DNA of 64,000 bases from an uncultured Alphaproteobacteria bacterium (GCA_963720985.1 CAVRHL010000001.1:166994-230993); one strand, 5' to 3'; positions 1-12,206 are shown, counted from the stretch's first letter. The notes: generated from the sequence alone by a model not told the origin. Program-made: numbers and translations.

Positions 1-46
1 CGGTGAGCGGCCCATGGACGAAACTTTCGAACAGGGTGCGGCGCAT
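1..46 (-). CDS. N-terminus of the NuoB/HyfI-like small subunit of the Ehr complex (partial, runs off window start)
   Basis: ATG at 46 overlaps the TGA of the large subunit (TGATG). Reads MRRTLFESFVHGPLT. Position is the expected last gene of a hyfBCEFG-type operon. Confidence 0.65.
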   Translation of the reverse strand, partial: MRRTLFESFVHGPLT

Positions 47-1504
47 CAGAGGTCATGCCCCGAGTACGAACAGTTGAACGATTTGTTGCAGAGCGGGAAG
101 TCGGCGACGATGTTGCCCTCGATCGCCGTCTCCAGCAGCGGCCACTGGAACCAGGAGGCGTCGCGCAGATGGCAGCGCTCGACGCGGCCGTCGCCGCCGA
201 GCCGCAGCCAGGCCAGCACGTCGCCGCGGAAGGCTTCGGCGAGGCCGAGGCCTTCGCAGGTCTTGCCCGGCGTCTTGACGTCGGCGCGGATATTGCCGGC
301 CGGCAGCGCGGCGAGAATCTGGTCGATCAGCGCCAGGCTCTGCTCGACCTCGCGAATGCGGATCCAGACCCGCGCATTGACGTCGCCGTCCTCGCGCACC
401 GGCACCTCGAAGGTGAGCTTGTCATAGGGCGCATAGCCGACGTTGCGCCGCGCGTCGAAGCCGCGGCCAGAGGCGCGCCCGACATAGCCGCCGGCGCCCC
501 ACTGGCGCACGTAGTCCGGCTTGACGATGCCGGTCGTCACCGTGCGGTCCTGCAGCGAGGCGGTGTTGTCGTAAAGCTCGACCAGGCGCGGGAACGCGCT
601 CCGCATTTCCGCGAGCAAAGCCTTGATCTCCACAATGCCGTCCGCCGCGATGTCGCGGGCGACGCCGCCCGGCACGATCGCATCCATCATCAGCCGGTGG
701 CCGAAGCCGGCGTCGGCCGTGCGCAAGCGTGCGCTCGCGCAGGATGCCGGTCTGCGCGTGCATGATGGCGTACGAAGCGTCGTTGCAGATGGCGCCGATG
801 TCGCCGAAATGGTTGGCGAGCCGCTCGAGCTCGGCCATCAGCGCGCGCAAGTAAACCGCGCGCGGCGGCGGCGCAATTTGCAGCGCGTCCTCGGCGGCCA
901 GCGCGAAGGCAAAGGCATAGGCGACCGTGCTGTCGCCGGAGGTGCGGCCGGCGAGCTTTGCCGCGGCATCGAGACGGCTGCCTGCCATCAATGACTCGAT
1001 GCCCTTGTGCACATAGCCCAGCCGCTGCTCCAGCCGCACCACATGCTCGCCATTGCAGGTGAAACGGAAATGGCCGGGCTCGATGATGCCGGCATGCACG
1101 GGTCCGACCGGAATCTGATGCAGGCTTTCGCCCTCGACCGGCAGAAATTCGTAAGGAGCGGGCTTTTGCGCCGGTTTCTTATCGCCGAGCGGATGGCGCA
1201 CGTCCCAAAAGCCGAGATCGAGCCACGGCCGCGTATCGGGTGAGCCAATTGCGTCCAGGCCGAACAGGCTCGCGGATGGCGCGTTCGAGCCGCAACGCCG
1301 GCGGATGCTGTGCCCCGACGCTCGGGTAGCGTCCGTCGACGCAGGCATAAGTGACGATGGTGATCGTGCCGACCGTTTCGTCGATGGTCGCCATGTGCAC
1401 GTTTGGCGGATCGCCCCACAGGGCGAGCAACGTACATTCGCTCGCCGCCAATTCGGCGATGACCTCATTCCAGCCTTGCTCGGTCACATTGGCGCGTTGT
1501 TCAT
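46..1504 (-). CDS. Ehr (energy-converting hydrogenase-related) large subunit, NuoC/D- and HyfG-like; split by +1 frameshifts near 1270 and 727 (start 1504 or GTG 1487)
   Basis: ORFs 1179-1487, 422-1468 and 46-726 join into one protein with GPVHAGIIEPGHFRF, LGYVHKGIE, AELERLANH and EAFRG. It ends IVADFPLCNKSFNCSYSGHDL. Both NiFe CxxC motifs are absent. Confidence 0.9.
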
Positions 1505-1508
1505 GGCG

Positions 1509-2948
1509 CTATCCCAACAGCTTGGCGACGTTCTGGAAGCCGGTGACCAAAGCCGGCGGCATATAGATGCCCGCCACGAAGACGATGGCGAGATGGGCGA
1601 ACATCGGCACGTAGGACGCTTGTGCCGGCGCGGTCGGTCCGCGCGGCTCGCCGAAGGCAATCGTATTGAGCCGCAGAAACAGACCGCCGAGCGCGACCAG
1701 GATCGCCAAGACCAGGATGGTCGCAAGCCACGGCTGGCGCGCGAAGGTCGACGACACCACCAGGAACTCGCTCATGAAAATGCCGAGCGGCGGCAGCCCG
1801 GCGATAGCGACGACGCCGAGCACCAGGCCCCAGCCGAGCACCGGATTGCTCACGGTCAGCCCGCCCATGTCGGCGATTTTCTGCGTGCCCTTGACCTGGG
1901 CGATGTGGCCGACCGCGTAGAAGATCGCCGACTTGGTCAGCGAATGCATGGTCATGTGCAAGAGGCCGGCGAAATTGGCGAGCGCCCCGCCCATGCCGAA
2001 GGCGAACACGATGATGCCCATGTGCTCGATCGACGAATAGGCGAACATGCGTTTTATGTCGCGCCGCCGGTACAGCATGAAGGCGGCGAACACGCAGGAG
2101 ATCAGCCCCATGGTCACCATCAGCGGGCCGGGCGCGAGTGCCGCCGGGTTGAGTGCGAGGATCATCTTGAAGCGCAGCAGCGCGTAGAGCGCGACGTTCA
2201 ACAAGAGGCCGGACAGCACCGCGGAAATCGGCGTCGGGCCTTCGGCGTGGGCGTCTGGCAGCCAGGCGTGCAGCGGCGCGAGGCCGACTTTGGTGCCGTA
2301 GCCGAGCAGCAGGAAGACGAAAGCGACGTTGAGCAGGGCGGGATCGAATTGCGCCGCCTTGGTCACCAGCACGGTCCACACCATGGCGTAGAGGCCTTCG
2401 CCGATCACAGGCTTGGCCGCCATGTAGACCAAAATGGTGCCGAACAAAGCGAGCGCGATGCCGACGCTGCCGAGGATGAAATATTTCCACGCCGCCTCCA
2501 GCGCCTCGTGGGTGCGGTAGATGCCGACCATCAGCACGGTGGTGAGCGTCGCCATCTCGATCGCCACCCACATCAAGCCGATATTGTTGGCCACCAGCGC
2601 GAGGTTCATGGCGAACATCAGCACCTGGTACATCGCGTGGTAGAAGCGCACGAAGGTCCGCGTCAGCCGGCCGATCTCGATCTCGTGCTCGATATAGCTG
2701 GCGCTGAACACGCTGGTCGTGAAGCCGACGAAGGTGGTGAGAACGATAAAAACCTTGTTGAGGTCGTCGACCAGCAGGTACGGCCCCGTCGTCGGCTGCA
2801 CGACGAACAGCGACGCCGCGGTGAGGAAGGTCGCCAACGCCGCCAGCACGTTGAGGATCGCGGTCACCCGGTAGCCGGGCAGGGCGGCGAGCAGCGCCGC
2901 GGCAATAGCCGGGATCAACAGGACGCCGGTCAGCGCGTCGACAGTCAT
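1509..2948 (-). CDS. hyfF: Hydrogenase-4 subunit F-like antiporter-type membrane subunit
   Basis: 479 aa multi-TM protein with EAAWKYFIL, GYGTKVGLAPLHAWLPDAHAEGPTPISAVLSG and KRMFAYSSIEHMG. Confidence 0.93.
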   Translation of the reverse strand: MTVDALTGVLLIPAIAAALLAALPGYRVTAILNVLAALATFLTAASLFVVQPTTGPYLLVDDLNKVFIVLTTFVGFTTSVFSASYIEHEIEIGRLTRTFVRFYHAMYQVLMFAMNLALVANNIGLMWVAIEMATLTTVLMVGIYRTHEALEAAWKYFILGSVGIALALFGTILVYMAAKPVIGEGLYAMVWTVLVTKAAQFDPALLNVAFVFLLLGYGTKVGLAPLHAWLPDAHAEGPTPISAVLSGLLLNVALYALLRFKMILALNPAALAPGPLMVTMGLISCVFAAFMLYRRRDIKRMFAYSSIEHMGIIVFAFGMGGALANFAGLLHMTMHSLTKSAIFYAVGHIAQVKGTQKIADMGGLTVSNPVLGWGLVLGVVAIAGLPPLGIFMSEFLVVSSTFARQPWLATILVLAILVALGGLFLRLNTIAFGEPRGPTAPAQASYVPMFAHLAIVFVAGIYMPPALVTGFQNVAKLLG

Positions 2949-3607
2949 CGCCGCTCTCCGCGGAACTTGTCGAGCGCCTGCACGTCGACGGTGTCGAAGC
3001 GCTCGCGGATGCGGAACAGGAAGATGCCGATGACGATGAAGGCGATCAGCACCGAGAAGGCGACGGAAATCTCCACCACCAGCGGCATGCCCTTGGCGCC
3101 GGTTGCCGCCAGCACAAGGCCGTTCTCCAGCGACATGAAGCCGATCACCTGGCTCACGGCGTTGCGCCGCGTCACCATCATCAGCAGGCCGAGCAGCACC
3201 ACCGATAGGGCAAATGCCAAGTCCTCGCGCGCCAGCGGGTCGGCTTCCGCCGTCACCCGCAGCATCACCACCATCGACAGCGCCACCAGCCCCATGCCGA
3301 GCAGCATCGCCGGGCCGACGCCGACCACGGTCTCGATCTCGCGGTGGATGCCGAGCTTGACGATGATGCGGTGCAGCGCCACCGGGATTACGATAGCCTT
3401 GAACACCAGCGCGATCATCGCCGTGAGATAAAGATGCGGCGCGTCCTGCACGAAGGCCTGCCAGGCGACCGAGGCCGCCAGGATGAAGGCGTGCAGCGCA
3501 AAGGTATTGAGCAGCGCGTAGAGCCGGTCCTGGTAAAGCTGCATGAAGCTCACCAGCACCAGCGAGCCGGCCAGCATGTGCGCGACGTCGAAGGCGAGCG
3601 TGCCCAT
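2945..3607 (-). CDS. hyfE: Hydrogenase-4 subunit E-like membrane protein
   Basis: 220 aa hydrophobic protein with QVIGFMSLENG. ATGA overlap with hyfF. Confidence 0.92.
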   Translation of the reverse strand: MGTLAFDVAHMLAGSLVLVSFMQLYQDRLYALLNTFALHAFILAASVAWQAFVQDAPHLYLTAMIALVFKAIVIPVALHRIIVKLGIHREIETVVGVGPAMLLGMGLVALSMVVMLRVTAEADPLAREDLAFALSVVLLGLLMMVTRRNAVSQVIGFMSLENGLVLAATGAKGMPLVVEISVAFSVLIAFIVIGIFLFRIRERFDTVDVQALDKFRGERR

Positions 3608-3610
3608 GGC

Positions 3611-4567
3611 CTAGAGGCTCCTCGAGACGAACAGCAGCAGGGTGCCGAGCAAGCCGAGCATCAGCGCCGCGCCGAGGAAGGCCGGCACGCGGAACACGCG
3701 CATCTTGGCAATCGCCGTCTCGAACACGGCGAGCAGGAAGCCGCCGGCGGCAAGCTTCACCAGATAGGCGGCGAGGCCGATGGCGATGGCGCGTGGGTTC
3801 GCGTCGGGCGGCGCGATGCCCCAGGGCACAAACAGGCAGCCGATCACCGAGACATAAAGCAGCAGCTTGAGCTCGGAGGTTAAATCGATCAGCGCCAGAT
3901 GCCGGCCGGAATATTCCAGCACCATCGCCTCATGCACCATGGTGAGTTCGAGATGCGTCGCCGGATTGTCGATCGGGATACGCGCATTCTCGGCGATCGC
4001 TACCATGATCAGCGCCAGCAGCGCCAAGCCCAGCGAAACGCGCAAGCCCTCCGCGCCGGTCGCCATGTAAGCGGCCATGGTCGAGAGCTGCGTGGAGCCG
4101 GCGATCAGCGCCACGGTGAACACCATCATCAACATTGCCGGCTCGGCGAGCGAAGCGATCATCACCTCGCGGCTGGAGCCGATGCCGCCGAAGCTGGTGC
4201 CGACGTCGAGGCCGGCCAGCGCTAAAAAGAAACGCGCGCTGCCGAGCAACGCGATGATGGCGATGAGGTCCGCCGACCAGGAGAACAACAGGCCATTGCG
4301 GAAGGTCGGCACCAGTGCCGCTGCCACCCAGGTGCCGGCGAAGATGATGTAGGGGATGACGCGGAACAGCCAGGACGCGCTCTCCGCCAATACCACGTCC
4401 TTGCGCATCAGCCGGATCAGGTCGCGGTAGGGCTGCAGCAGCGGCGGACCCTGCCGGCGCAGCAGCCGCGCCTTCACCTTGCGCACAAAGCCAGTGAGCA
4501 GCGGTGCGAGCAGCAGCACCAGCAGCATCTCCGCGCCTTGTGAGATAAAATCTCGGATCAGGGCCAT
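3611..4567 (-). CDS. hyfC: HyfC/HycD (NuoH-like) membrane subunit
   Basis: RRQGPPLLQPYRDL, FGGIGSSRE and ENARIPIDNPATHLELTMVHEAMVLEYSG. Confidence 0.93.
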   Translation of the reverse strand: MALIRDFISQGAEMLLVLLLAPLLTGFVRKVKARLLRRQGPPLLQPYRDLIRLMRKDVVLAESASWLFRVIPYIIFAGTWVAAALVPTFRNGLLFSWSADLIAIIALLGSARFFLALAGLDVGTSFGGIGSSREVMIASLAEPAMLMMVFTVALIAGSTQLSTMAAYMATGAEGLRVSLGLALLALIMVAIAENARIPIDNPATHLELTMVHEAMVLEYSGRHLALIDLTSELKLLLYVSVIGCLFVPWGIAPPDANPRAIAIGLAAYLVKLAAGGFLLAVFETAIAKMRVFRVPAFLGAALMLGLLGTLLLFVSRSL

Positions 4568-6567
4568 ATCGCGAGCACCAGCAGCAGCAGCACCAGCGCC
4601 GTGAACACTAGCGAGAGATATTGGCGGATGGTGAGGAATTGCAGGTAATTGAGCTTTTCGGCAGCGTATTCGACGCCCTTGGCGACTGGCGCGTAGGCCG
4701 CCTCCCAGATCAGGTCGTGCAGTTCGACCGTGAGACGCGCCGGCGCCAGCGAGCCGGGCGGCGGCATCTCGCCGATCTCGCGCGCGCGGAACACGGTCGC
4801 GCCATAGACGCGGCGGATCGGCTGGGCAAAGCTCGAGGCGGTATATTGCGTGGCCGTGCTCGGGTCCGGATAGCCGCAGTCCCAGGCCGGCGCGCGCCGC
4901 ATTTTATCCGAGGCGAGACGGTGAATGGCGAAGGCGGCGATCGAGCCCGACAGCGTGACGAAGACGAACACCAAAAGTCCGTTGTAGGAGCTGCGGCTTT
5001 CCGCGATCGGCACGATCGACAGCCATTCGACGCCGGCCTGATGTGGCATGGCGACGCCGACCAAGGCGTTGGTGACCGGGGCCAGCGCATCGATGAAGAA
5101 GCCGGGCAGAATTCCGGCAACGAGACACAGTGCGGCCAGGAAATACATGGCGGCGAGCGAATTGCTGTCGGTCTCCTGCGCCTTGGCGGCGGCGTCGGTG
5201 CGGGCGCGGCCGAGGAAGGTGACGCCGAAGGCCTTGACGAAGCAGGCAGCAGCCAGCGCCGCCGATAGCGCCAGCAGCGCGCCGACCGCCGGCACCATGA
5301 ATTTCAGGCCCCAGGACGCCAAATGTGGGCTGAGCAGGATCGCCTGGAACGTGAGCCACTCGGATACGAAGCCGTTGAGCGGCGGCAGCGCCGAGATCGC
5401 CACGCAGCCGACCAGGAACACGAAGGCCGTCTGCGGCATGCGGTGGATCAGCCCGCCGAGATGCTCCATGTCGCGTTCGCCCGTTGCATTAAGCACGGCG
5501 CCGGCGCCGAAGAACAACAGGCTCTTGAAGACGGAATGGTTGAACACATGGAACAGCCCGGCGGTCAGCGCCAGCGCCGCGGCGAGCGGCATGTCGGCCG
5601 CTTTGAACGCTAGCGCAAGGCCGAGGCCGATATAGATGATGCCGATGTTCTCCACCGTGTGATAGGCGAGCAGCCGCTTGAGATCGTGCTGCATCAACGC
5701 ATAGAGCACGCCCATCACCGCGGTGATGCCGCCGACGCCGAGCACCGCCATGCTCCACCACCAGTCAGGCGGCCCGAGCAGATCGAACATGATGCGCACC
5801 AGGCCGTAGACCGCGACCTTGGTCATCACGCCGCTCATCAGCGCCGAGACGTGGCTCGGCGCGGCCGGATGCGCCAGGGGCAGCCAGGCATGCAGCGGCA
5901 CAACGCCGGCCTTCGAGCCGGCGCCGACGATGGTCAGCACCAGCACCAAAGCGGCCAATCCCGCCGACGGATGCGAGGCGCGAATGGCGTCGAAGGCGTA
6001 GTTGCCATCGGCGCCGGCGAGTAGGCCGAAGCCGAGCAGCAGCGCCAGCGTGCCGAAGCCCGCCATCAACAGATAGATATAGCCGGCGCGCACGTTCTCG
6101 GCGACGCGATGATGCGCGATCACCAGCGCCCACGACGTGAGCGACATGAATTCCCACGACACCAGGAAGCTGAAGGCATCGTCGGCTATGACGACGAGAT
6201 TCATAGCGGCGAGATAGGCGGGATAGAACGGCAGCACGCGCTGCGGCGCGTCTTCGTGGCGGCCGTAGCCGAGCGCGAACAGGCTGGCCGCCGCGCCGCC
6301 GAGATTGACCACCACCAGAAAGAATGCGGAGAGCGCATCGATGCGGAAATGCGCGCCGAGCCATGGCAGGCCGAGCGGCAGTGTCACGACGGACGTATCG
6401 GCAATGCCGAACAGGCTCAATAGCGCGATGATGCCGAGCGTCAGCGTGACGATCAGGCTCGCGCCGTACACCACGCCGGTGCCGCGCGGCGCAGCGCCGA
6501 GCGCGACCGCCAGCGGCGCCAAAACGATCAGCGCGGCCACGCCGTAGAGCGCGTAGACCACCATCAT
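4558..6567 (-). CDS. hyfB: Hydrogenase-4 subunit B-like (NuoL/MrpA-type) membrane subunit
   Basis: 669 aa with KAGVVPLHAWLPLAHPAAPSHVSALMSG, KRLLAYHTVENIG, PPLNGFVSEW and WDCGY...QYTASSF. Confidence 0.93.
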   Translation of the reverse strand: MMVVYALYGVAALIVLAPLAVALGAAPRGTGVVYGASLIVTLTLGIIALLSLFGIADTSVVTLPLGLPWLGAHFRIDALSAFFLVVVNLGGAAASLFALGYGRHEDAPQRVLPFYPAYLAAMNLVVIADDAFSFLVSWEFMSLTSWALVIAHHRVAENVRAGYIYLLMAGFGTLALLLGFGLLAGADGNYAFDAIRASHPSAGLAALVLVLTIVGAGSKAGVVPLHAWLPLAHPAAPSHVSALMSGVMTKVAVYGLVRIMFDLLGPPDWWWSMAVLGVGGITAVMGVLYALMQHDLKRLLAYHTVENIGIIYIGLGLALAFKAADMPLAAALALTAGLFHVFNHSVFKSLLFFGAGAVLNATGERDMEHLGGLIHRMPQTAFVFLVGCVAISALPPLNGFVSEWLTFQAILLSPHLASWGLKFMVPAVGALLALSAALAAACFVKAFGVTFLGRARTDAAAKAQETDSNSLAAMYFLAALCLVAGILPGFFIDALAPVTNALVGVAMPHQAGVEWLSIVPIAESRSSYNGLLVFVFVTLSGSIAAFAIHRLASDKMRRAPAWDCGYPDPSTATQYTASSFAQPIRRVYGATVFRAREIGEMPPPGSLAPARLTVELHDLIWEAAYAPVAKGVEYAAEKLNYLQFLTIRQYLSLVFTALVLLLLVLAIWP

Positions 6568-6806
6568 TTGAGCCGCACCCCGCGGCCACCGCCGCCGCTC
6601 GACGCGCCGTCGCCGATCAGTTCGATGCCGTTGGCGGCGAGCGCGTCGACCAGCTTCATCAGCGAATCGACATTGCCGCGCACCACCCCGTTATTGGCTT
6701 CCATGCGCTGGATGGTCGGCAGCGACAAGCCGGCGGCCTGTGCCAGTTGGCGCTGGTCGAAGCCGAGCAGAGCGCGGGCCGCCCGCATCTGAGGGCCGGT
6801 GATCAT
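6564..6806 (-). CDS. XRE-family HTH transcriptional regulator, first gene of the Ehr operon
   Basis: QMRAARALL..QRQLAQAAGLSLPTIQRME and C-terminal GRGVRL. ATGA overlap with hyfB. Confidence 0.88.
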   Translation of the reverse strand: MITGPQMRAARALLGFDQRQLAQAAGLSLPTIQRMEANNGVVRGNVDSLMKLVDALAANGIELIGDGASSGGGGRGVRLK

Positions 6807-6930
6807 GCTTTAAACATCAGAATCGATAGACGGTATCGTCCTTCTGATAATTATACCGGCAATTTTCTGGGAGCAAGCACCATCGGGGTACCGCTCGGCC
6901 GCTATGAGCAGACGATGACGCACACTCGCT

Positions 6931-6959
6931 TTCACCCTCCCCCTCCAAGGGAGGGTGAA
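6931..6959. repeat. REP-like palindrome / possible terminator downstream of the thioesterase
   Basis: TTCACCCTCCC-CCTCCAA-GGGAGGGTGAA, an 11-bp stem next to the stop codon at 6960. Confidence 0.6.
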
Positions 6960-7358
6960 CTACCGCGCCTTCTTCGCCGCCAGTTTTTTGTCGAGTCGCG
7001 CCATGTCGACCACCATGCGCTCGTGCGTGCCGTTGCCGATCTCCTCGGTCTCGTCGCGCGCCGAGACCTTGAACTCGATGCGCCGGCCGTCGACCTTGGT
7101 GACCTCGGCGGTCGCCGTCACCTGATGGCCGACCGGGGTCGCCGCCAGATGGCGGACGTTGACGATCGTGCCGACCGCGCTTTCGCCGGGGTCGAGGTAT
7201 TCGCGCACGGCGTTGAGCGCGGCGTTCTCCATGATGGTCACCATCATCGGCGTGGCGAACACCTGCGGCAGGCTGACGTCCTTGAACTGGTTGGCGAGGT
7301 GCGCCGGCCTCACCCGCATCGTGAAGCTGCCCTTGGCTCCGACCGGAATGGGACGCAT
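6960..7358 (-). CDS. Hot-dog thioesterase, fluoroacetyl-CoA thioesterase (FlK)-like
   Basis: Starts MRPIPVG. FATPMMVTIMENAA and VNVRHLAATP supply the FlK-type Thr/Glu/His triad; also GTHER. TGATG overlap with the upstream MFS. Confidence 0.85.
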   Translation of the reverse strand: MRPIPVGAKGSFTMRVRPAHLANQFKDVSLPQVFATPMMVTIMENAALNAVREYLDPGESAVGTIVNVRHLAATPVGHQVTATAEVTKVDGRRIEFKVSARDETEEIGNGTHERMVVDMARLDKKLAAKKAR

Positions 7359-8554
7359 CACACATCCTCCTCGGCTTGCCGCACGTGATTGATCGCCGGC
7401 GCCAACACGACCAGCACGATGCCGCAAAGCGCGATCGGCGCAAAGGCCATGGCGGCGACGCCAGAGGCGTCCCACACCAAGCCGCTGATCACGGGGACGA
7501 TCACCGCGCAGCTATAGCTGATGGTGAACATGGCGGCGGTGACGCGGTGCACGTCGTCCGGCTCGCTCAACAGCGGCGGCAACGCCAGAATGAGAATGAG
7601 GATGGCGGCATTGGCAAAGCCCTGCACCGTTCCCGCCACCGCGATCCAGACGCCCGTGCCGAAGACGATGCCAAGGGTCGCCAGCACGCAGAGCAATCCG
7701 CAAACGACATAAGGCCAGGCCCGGAGCTCGAGCCGGTGCGCGAAGGCGAGCAGCAACAGAGACGCCGGCACCTGGCCGATGTTGAGCGCGGTGAGCGCGG
7801 CGCTGATCCATTCGCCCTGGCCGTTGCTGCGCAGATAATCCGGCAGGAAGGCGTTGGTCGCAAAATAAGTGGCGTTGGTGGTGCCGAGCATGATGCCCAA
7901 CCGCCAAATCAGCGGGCTGTTCCATTCCGGCCACCAGCGGCGGCGCGCCGCCGTCGCCAGTCCATTCGCCGGGGCAGGCGCCACCGCCAGAATGAGCAGG
8001 GCGATGACCGCGACCGGCACACTCCAGAACACGAAGCCCCATTGCCAGCTGCCGCCGACCAGCGGCAGCACCAGCGGCAGCATCAGCGCCACGGGGAGGA
8101 TTTCGCCGACCAGCAGGCCATTGGTGTAGACCGCGGTGGTGAAAGCGATGCGCTGCGGCAGCCAGGCGCGCACCGCCGGCGGCATGGTCACCTGCATCAC
8201 CGCGACGCCGGCGCCCATCACGATCGTCATCGCGTAAAGCCACATCACGTCGGGGTAAGCGCCGCGCAATGCGCCGCCGAGCGCGGTGACGGCAAGCCCG
8301 ACCACCAGCGCCGTGCGCACGCCGAGTCGCGCGATCAGCAGCGAGCCCGGCACCGCGGCGAAGGCGAACAGCAGCGACGGCAAGCCGGTGAGGATGCCGA
8401 TCTGGGTGGCGTTGAGCTTGAGCCCGTCGTGGATCAGCGGGATCACCGGCGGCACGGCAAGGATGGTGAGGCGCAGGCCAACGCCGGCAAGCCACAGCAG
8501 AGTGAGCGTGCTAAGAAAGCGGGCCTGTGACGAAGGCTCGCCGGGGCTAGACAT
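7358..8554 (-). CDS. MFS transporter, CynX/NimT family
   Basis: About 12 TM segments with LRLTILAVPPVIPLI and ARLGVR. Likely start MSSPGEP at 8554. Confidence 0.85.
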   Translation of the reverse strand: MSSPGEPSSQARFLSTLTLLWLAGVGLRLTILAVPPVIPLIHDGLKLNATQIGILTGLPSLLFAFAAVPGSLLIARLGVRTALVVGLAVTALGGALRGAYPDVMWLYAMTIVMGAGVAVMQVTMPPAVRAWLPQRIAFTTAVYTNGLLVGEILPVALMLPLVLPLVGGSWQWGFVFWSVPVAVIALLILAVAPAPANGLATAARRRWWPEWNSPLIWRLGIMLGTTNATYFATNAFLPDYLRSNGQGEWISAALTALNIGQVPASLLLLAFAHRLELRAWPYVVCGLLCVLATLGIVFGTGVWIAVAGTVQGFANAAILILILALPPLLSEPDDVHRVTAAMFTISYSCAVIVPVISGLVWDASGVAAMAFAPIALCGIVLVVLAPAINHVRQAEEDV

Positions 8555-8704
8555 GGCGCTTACCGGCATTACGGGCGGGGTGCTAACCTGTTGATCTTGC
8601 AGCGAGCGGGATACCATAGTCCGCCGCGCAATGCCTAACCGCCGGCGCATGGACCGCTGGCACCTGCCGTTTTTGCGCCGGCCGGGAAATAGCGTAAATC
8701 AGCG

Positions 8705-10628
<1,924 letters not shown>

Positions 10629-10639
10629 GGGGGGCGATT

Positions 10640-11221
10640 TTGGATTTAGCAGCTTTTTTCAAAGCCGAATTCGCCGAGCATCACGACGTGGCGCGGCGCA
10701 CCGAAGCGGCGCTGTCCGCCACCTTCGCCGGCCTGGTCGGCGCCTGCGTCAAGTCGATCCGCGGCGGCGGCAAGCTGATGTTCTTCGGCAACGGCGGCAG
10801 CGCGGGAGATGCCCAGCATCTCGCGACCGAACTGACCATCCGCTACAAGACCGACCGCGCCGCCATCGCCGCCATCGCCTTGACCACCGACACCTCCGCG
10901 CTGACCGCCGCGGGCAACGATCTCGGCTTCGACAAGATCTTCGCGCGCCAGATCGAGGCGCTGGGACGCCCCGGCGACGTCGCCGTCGCCATCTCCACCT
11001 CGGGCAAAAGCCCCAACATCATCGCCGCGTTGCGCCAGGCCAAGGCGATGCAGCTCGTCACCGCCGCGCTCGGCGGCAAAGGCGGTGGGGATTTGCTCGG
11101 GCTCGCCGACCACCTTCTGGTTGTGCCGTCCGACACCACGGCGCGCATCCAGGAAATGCACATCACTTTGGGGCAAATGCTCTGCGGCGCGTTGGAAATC
11201 GAGCTGGGCTTGGCAAACTAG
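10640..11221 (+). CDS. gmhA: D-sedoheptulose 7-phosphate isomerase
   Basis: GNGGSAGDAQH, GNDLGFD, ISTSGKSPN and RIQEMHI. Probable TTG start at 10640. Confidence 0.93.
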   Translation: MDLAAFFKAEFAEHHDVARRTEAALSATFAGLVGACVKSIRGGGKLMFFGNGGSAGDAQHLATELTIRYKTDRAAIAAIALTTDTSALTAAGNDLGFDKIFARQIEALGRPGDVAVAISTSGKSPNIIAALRQAKAMQLVTAALGGKGGGDLLGLADHLLVVPSDTTARIQEMHITLGQMLCGALEIELGLAN

Positions 11222-11323
11222 GCCTGATTTTCGCGATTAGAAATTCGGCGTTTGTTATTCTGAAAATTTTCTTGACTCTGTCGTGCCGGGCTACTTCCCT
11301 AGCGGCCCTGGGAGAGCCAATCC

Positions 11324-12181
11324 ATGGACGCAATGAACTTCTCCGGGCCGCGCGCCAAGGCCCGACCGCCGCGCGCGCGCGTCGCCGACGCCCGTCACAA
11401 TATTCAATCGGTGGACCGCGCGCTGTTTCTGCTCGAAACCATCGCCGAAGCCGGCGGCGAGGCCTCGCTGACCGATCTCGCCAACCGCACCGGCCTCAAT
11501 ATATCGACTTGCCATCATCTGCTGGCGACGCTCATTCAGCGCGGCTTCGCCGCCAAGATTCCGGGCCGCCGCCTCTATGCCTTGGGCGCGCGCATCCTGC
11601 ATCTCGGACACGCCTGCCTGCAGGTCGATCTGCCGCGCCGCGCGCAGCCTTATCTCGACGAGATCAATCAAGTGACCGGCGAGACCGTTTATCTGGCGGC
11701 GCTGCAAGGCGACGCGGTGGTCACCTTGGCGGTGCGTGAGTCGCGGCATGCGGTGCGCGTCGATACCGGCAAGCTCGGGCGCTTGGAGGCGCCGCACGCG
11801 ACCTCGGTCGGCAAGGCCATCATGGCCTGGCTGCCGGAGCACGAGATCCACCGCATCGTCGCCGGCAGCATGAAGCGCTTCACCGACAACACCATCACGG
11901 ATTTTCCGGCGCTGGTTGAATCGCTGCGCAACGTGCGCCGCACCGGCTGTGCCATCGACCGCGAGGAATTCCTGCCCGGCGTGATTTGCGTCGGCGCCGC
12001 CATCCGCGATCAGGCTGGCACGGTGATCGGCGCGATCAGCGTCTCGACGCCCAGCATGCGGGCGAACGAGGAGCACGTCACGCTCATGCGCGAGGAGGTC
12101 AGTGCCGCAACGCGCGCGCTGTCCGCCGAGTTCGGCGCTCCGGGTCATGCTGGCGTTTACGCGGTTGCCGGCTCAGCCTGA
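11324..12181 (+). CDS. IclR-family transcriptional regulator
   Basis: IQSVDRALFLLE HTH, HATSVGKA and DREEFLPGVICVGAAI. Confidence 0.93.
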   Translation: MDAMNFSGPRAKARPPRARVADARHNIQSVDRALFLLETIAEAGGEASLTDLANRTGLNISTCHHLLATLIQRGFAAKIPGRRLYALGARILHLGHACLQVDLPRRAQPYLDEINQVTGETVYLAALQGDAVVTLAVRESRHAVRVDTGKLGRLEAPHATSVGKAIMAWLPEHEIHRIVAGSMKRFTDNTITDFPALVESLRNVRRTGCAIDREEFLPGVICVGAAIRDQAGTVIGAISVSTPSMRANEEHVTLMREEVSAATRALSAEFGAPGHAGVYAVAGSA

Positions 12182-12206
12182 GCGTCTCGCGCGTGCGCAT
12201 GAATTG

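Noticed and set aside
1305-3431. 708-aa plus-strand ORF and similar long overlapping ORFs (e.g. 30065-31837, 12099-13646, 61664-63262)
   Set aside because: Shadow frames of well-supported genes in GC-rich DNA; Arg/Ala/Gly-rich with no family motifs.
46-6567. Functional [NiFe] hydrogenase-4 / formate hydrogenlyase
   Set aside because: Both Ni-binding CxxC motifs are absent from the large subunit, and there are no hyp or protease genes in the window.
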